A DNA stretch of 63,934 bases, filler included, from Octopus bimaculoides (Eukaryota), in assembly GCF_001194135.2 (NCBI RefSeq). It is 5 parts of 4 records of this genome, joined end to end, with 100 filler letters (N's around TTAATTAATTAA, not from the genome) between each part and the next. Parts side by side here need not be neighbours in the genome. Positions count along the whole stretch, not along the records: positions 59,713 to 62,140 come from NC_068986.1; positions 62,241 to 63,934 come from NW_026317786.1; 3 more parts are not named here. One strand, 5' to 3'. The position numbers and the translations under genes are program-made. Below the pieces are notes generated by a model. It was given only the letters and a program-made list of their open reading frames with translations, had not been told where the DNA came from and did not search any database. Shown one piece after another: positions 61,045 to 63,934 of the stretch; position 1 is the stretch's first letter, and every line of letters begins with the position of its first letter.

Positions 61045-61345
61045 AAAGGTGGTGAGTTAGCAGAAACGTTAGCACACCGGCTGAAATGCTTTGCGGTATT
61101 TCGTCTGCCGTTACGTTCTAAGTTCAAATTCCGCCGATGTCGACTTTGCTTTTCAACCTTTCGGGATCGATTAAATAAGTACCACGCCGGGCGAAACGCT
61201 TAGCGGCATTTCGTCTGTCTTTACTTTCTGAGTTTGGATTCCGCCGAGATTGACTTCGTCTTTCATCCTTTCGGAGAGTGATAAATTAAGCACCAGGTAC
61301 CTACAGGGGTCGATCTAATCGGCTGGCCGCCTCCTCACAAATTGA
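61045..61345 (+). mobile_element. Two tandem family C SINEs
   Basis: Core repeated at about 61120-61185 and 61230-61300. Confidence 0.88.
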
Positions 61346-61649
61346 CCATCTCACTCAAAAGATCCCTGGTTAAGGGTTAAAGATGTTGAATGAAACACCT
61401 ATGTTTCCAGGGGTGAATTATTAAAATTCCAAAGAATACCTTTCAAAACATGGCTATGATATTTCCCAACTGTTTCTTCTCGTGATCAGAGATGCACATA
61501 TTTTCAACCACCAAGAGACATGCTAAGCTAGTTATGGTCAAACATCTGACAAGCAAATCTGTAGTATTTAGCAAAATATTTACTGTAGCCCATCTGTTAT
61601 ACCAAGACAACTCAAAGTTCAATGAGTTATGATCAGAAGCGATGAGAGC

Positions 61650-61842
61650 CACTGCCTGATTATTTCGTCAGCTGTTACGTTTTGAGTTCAAATTCCGCCG
61701 AGGTCGACTTTGCCTTTCATCCTTTCGGGGTCGATTAAATAAGTACCAGTTAATCACTGGAGTCTATGTAATCGATTTATCCCCTTGTCTGTCCTTGTTC
61801 GTCCTCTCTATGTTTAGCCTCTTCTGGACAATAAAGAAATAA
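61650..61842 (+). mobile_element. SINE family C (tail variant 2), 5'-truncated, running into (ATT)n(GTT)n
   Basis: Core plus ATCCCCTTGTCTGTCCTTG...CAATAAAGAAAT. Confidence 0.88.
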
Positions 61843-61856
61843 TTTATTATTATTAA

Positions 61857-61905
<49 letters not shown>

Positions 61906-61928
61906 ATTATTATTTATATTATTGTTGT

Positions 61929-61960
<32 letters not shown>

Positions 61961-62140
61961 TTGTTGTTGTTGTTGTTGTTATTGTTGTTGGTACTCTTCT
62001 TGCTGCTCCTGTTGTTGCAGTTATTATTATGTATATGTTGTTAAAAAATAACAAAAACATTTTTTTAAAAAAATCAATACAACATTCTTTGAACTAAAAT
62101 GAAATACATTGGAAATATTTAGATACATTTCCCAGCAATA

Positions 62141-62240
62141 NNNNNNNNNNNNNNNNNNNNNNNNNNNNNNNNNNNNNNNNNNNNTTAATTAATTAANNNN
62201 NNNNNNNNNNNNNNNNNNNNNNNNNNNNNNNNNNNNNNNN
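62141..62240. other. Artificial scaffold linker N44-TTAATTAATTAA-N44
   Basis: 12-mer at 62185-62196. Confidence 0.95.
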
Positions 62241-62345
62241 ATATATACATGCACATTTATATATTATATATACCTAATATGCGTGTGTGTGGGGGTATGT
62301 ATATATGTATGTATGCATATATATTGATATACATGTTTGTGTGCG

Positions 62346-62377
<32 letters not shown>

Positions 62378-62438
62378 GATATACATGTATATATATGCTA
62401 TATATATAGATAGATTTGTACAAATATACATGTGTATG

Positions 62439-62469
<31 letters not shown>

Positions 62470-62615
62470 ATATGTCTGTATATCATCATAGTCGTGTGAT
62501 GATCTATACATATATATATATATATATATCTATATATATACACAAGTGAGTGGACAAAGGACAGAGAAGGGCACTCGGCGCATTTCGTAGAAGTTACATG
62601 TTTTGTGTATATATA

Positions 62616-63344
62616 CAGGAGTTGGACAAAATAATGGAAACACCTAGCATCGTAGCATCATAATTTTCAGATATCTATAAAACCGTCAAAAGCTTGTTTA
62701 TTTTTTTTGTTTTGGGATTTATTATTAGTGTCACTTAATATGTTTTACTAAAATTGCTGTTTCTTTTCAGATATCATCAGAAAAATCTTATTTTCTCGTC
62801 GAGTCATCCTTTACCTTATTTCCGACCATCGGCCGAGTATACGTGTGGAGAGAGCCAATAGAAGCATTTGACCCAGACTGCCTTCTTCCAACTTCTTCCA
62901 ATAGTAAAGACTATTGAAGCATTTGTTCTGATCAAACACATCCTATGGTTGCGGAACTGTTTCCGGAGGGAAACGCAATCTTTCAGGATGATAATGCACC
63001 AATTCACACAGCTGAAGTTGTTACTGAATGGCACGAGGAACATTCTAGTGACGTTGAACATCTTATCTGGCCACCACAGTCCCCAGATCTCAATATTATC
63101 GAACATTTATGGTGCATTTTAGAAAAACCAGTAAGGAGTCGATATCCTCCACCATCATCACTACAAGAACTGGAGACTGTTTTAGCTGAAGAATGGACAA
63201 AAATTCCTTTGGAAACAATTCAAACTTTGTATGAGTCCATACCTCGTAGAATTCAAGTTGTAATTACCGCCAAAGGCCGTCCTACCCCATATTAAAATAA
63301 ATTTGTTTGAAATTTTAAGGTGTTTTCACTACTTTGTCCAACTC

Positions 63345-63347
<3 letters not shown>
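62616..63347 (+). mobile_element. 732-bp internally deleted Tc1-family element with DD36E spacing
   Basis: TIRs CAGGAGTTGGACAAA...ACACCT / AGGTG...TTTGTCCAACTCCTG, TA both sides. ESSFTLFPTIGRVYVWR...CLLPT, then an intact C-terminal ORF (62945-63295) FQDDNAPIH...WPPQSPDLNIIE with 36 residues between D and E. Confidence 0.9.
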
Positions 63348-63382
<35 letters not shown>

Positions 63383-63514
63383 GCACTCAAGAATATATAT
63401 GAGCCAACGCGGAGCCCCCTACATTGTAAGTAGCCCTGTTAGAAATAGCGACCTAAACTCCCTAGAATCACGCCCTACTGTCCTATGTAAGTTGCAAGAA
63501 GTAAACAAAAACAT

Positions 63515-63770
63515 GACAACTACCACTACAACCAGCACTACTACAATCACCACTACTACAATTACCACTACTACAATAACCACTGTTACAACCACCACCA
63601 CCACCACAACCGCCACCAACAGGAACAACAACCAAAACATCAACAGTTACCACAACCACAACAGCAACAACTAAAACTACTACCCCAACCACCGCTCCCC
63701 GCTCCAACATCACCACCACCGCTGCTTTGACATCAACAACAAACACAGCCACAACAACAAAAACAACCTC
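63515..63770. repeat. Degenerate (ACA/ACC/ACT)n tract
   Basis: Read directly. Confidence 0.9.
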
Positions 63771-63934
63771 AGGTAAATCCATCTTTCGCACTAATTGGTT
63801 TCAAATTAACCTGGAATTATCTTAAGAACTGGGTGTATTAATAATAATCTCTGTGTGTGACGGGGTGGGTGGGGTGAATATACATATATATATGTTTGTG
63901 TGTGTATGCGCGCACGAGTGTGTGTACGTGTGAG

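Noticed and set aside
63303-63791. Mucin-like Thr-rich ORF
   Set aside because: Translation of a degenerate ACN trinucleotide tract; begins in a transposon end and a TA repeat.

Overview
Repeat-dominated, AT-rich eukaryotic DNA from a gapped draft assembly. The tRNA-headed SINE families and the CA/TA/ATAC/AAT microsatellite load look like octopus (cephalopod) genomic DNA; that is recognition and inference, not a database result. I can support no intact host gene. The window holds at least four SINE families (about 35 copies or fragments) and seven transposase-bearing Tc1/mariner relics: two long-TIR IR/DR Tc1, one DD36E, one DD37D/maT and three mariners. It also holds a pogo/Tigger-like MITE, a hAT-like MITE, three fold-back elements and a Chapaev-like transposase relic. 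Non-LTR relics represent CR1-like, Dong/R4-like, Tx1/L1-like and Penelope-like groups. There is a 126-bp TTAGGG-type array and four artificial N44-TTAATTAATTAA-N44 scaffold linkers. The best leads are a degenerate hammerhead ribozyme fold in a Penelope-like relic (20146-20191), a LINE 3' tail shared with the dominant SINE (20728-20767), a DD36E Tc1 element, head/tail shuffling among SINEs, and several near-perfect hairpins that would be dsRNA substrates if transcribed. A few weak host-exon candidates are flagged at low confidence. Most long ORFs in the supplied track are artefacts of N-gaps and microsatellites. SINE family letters A-E are my own working labels.
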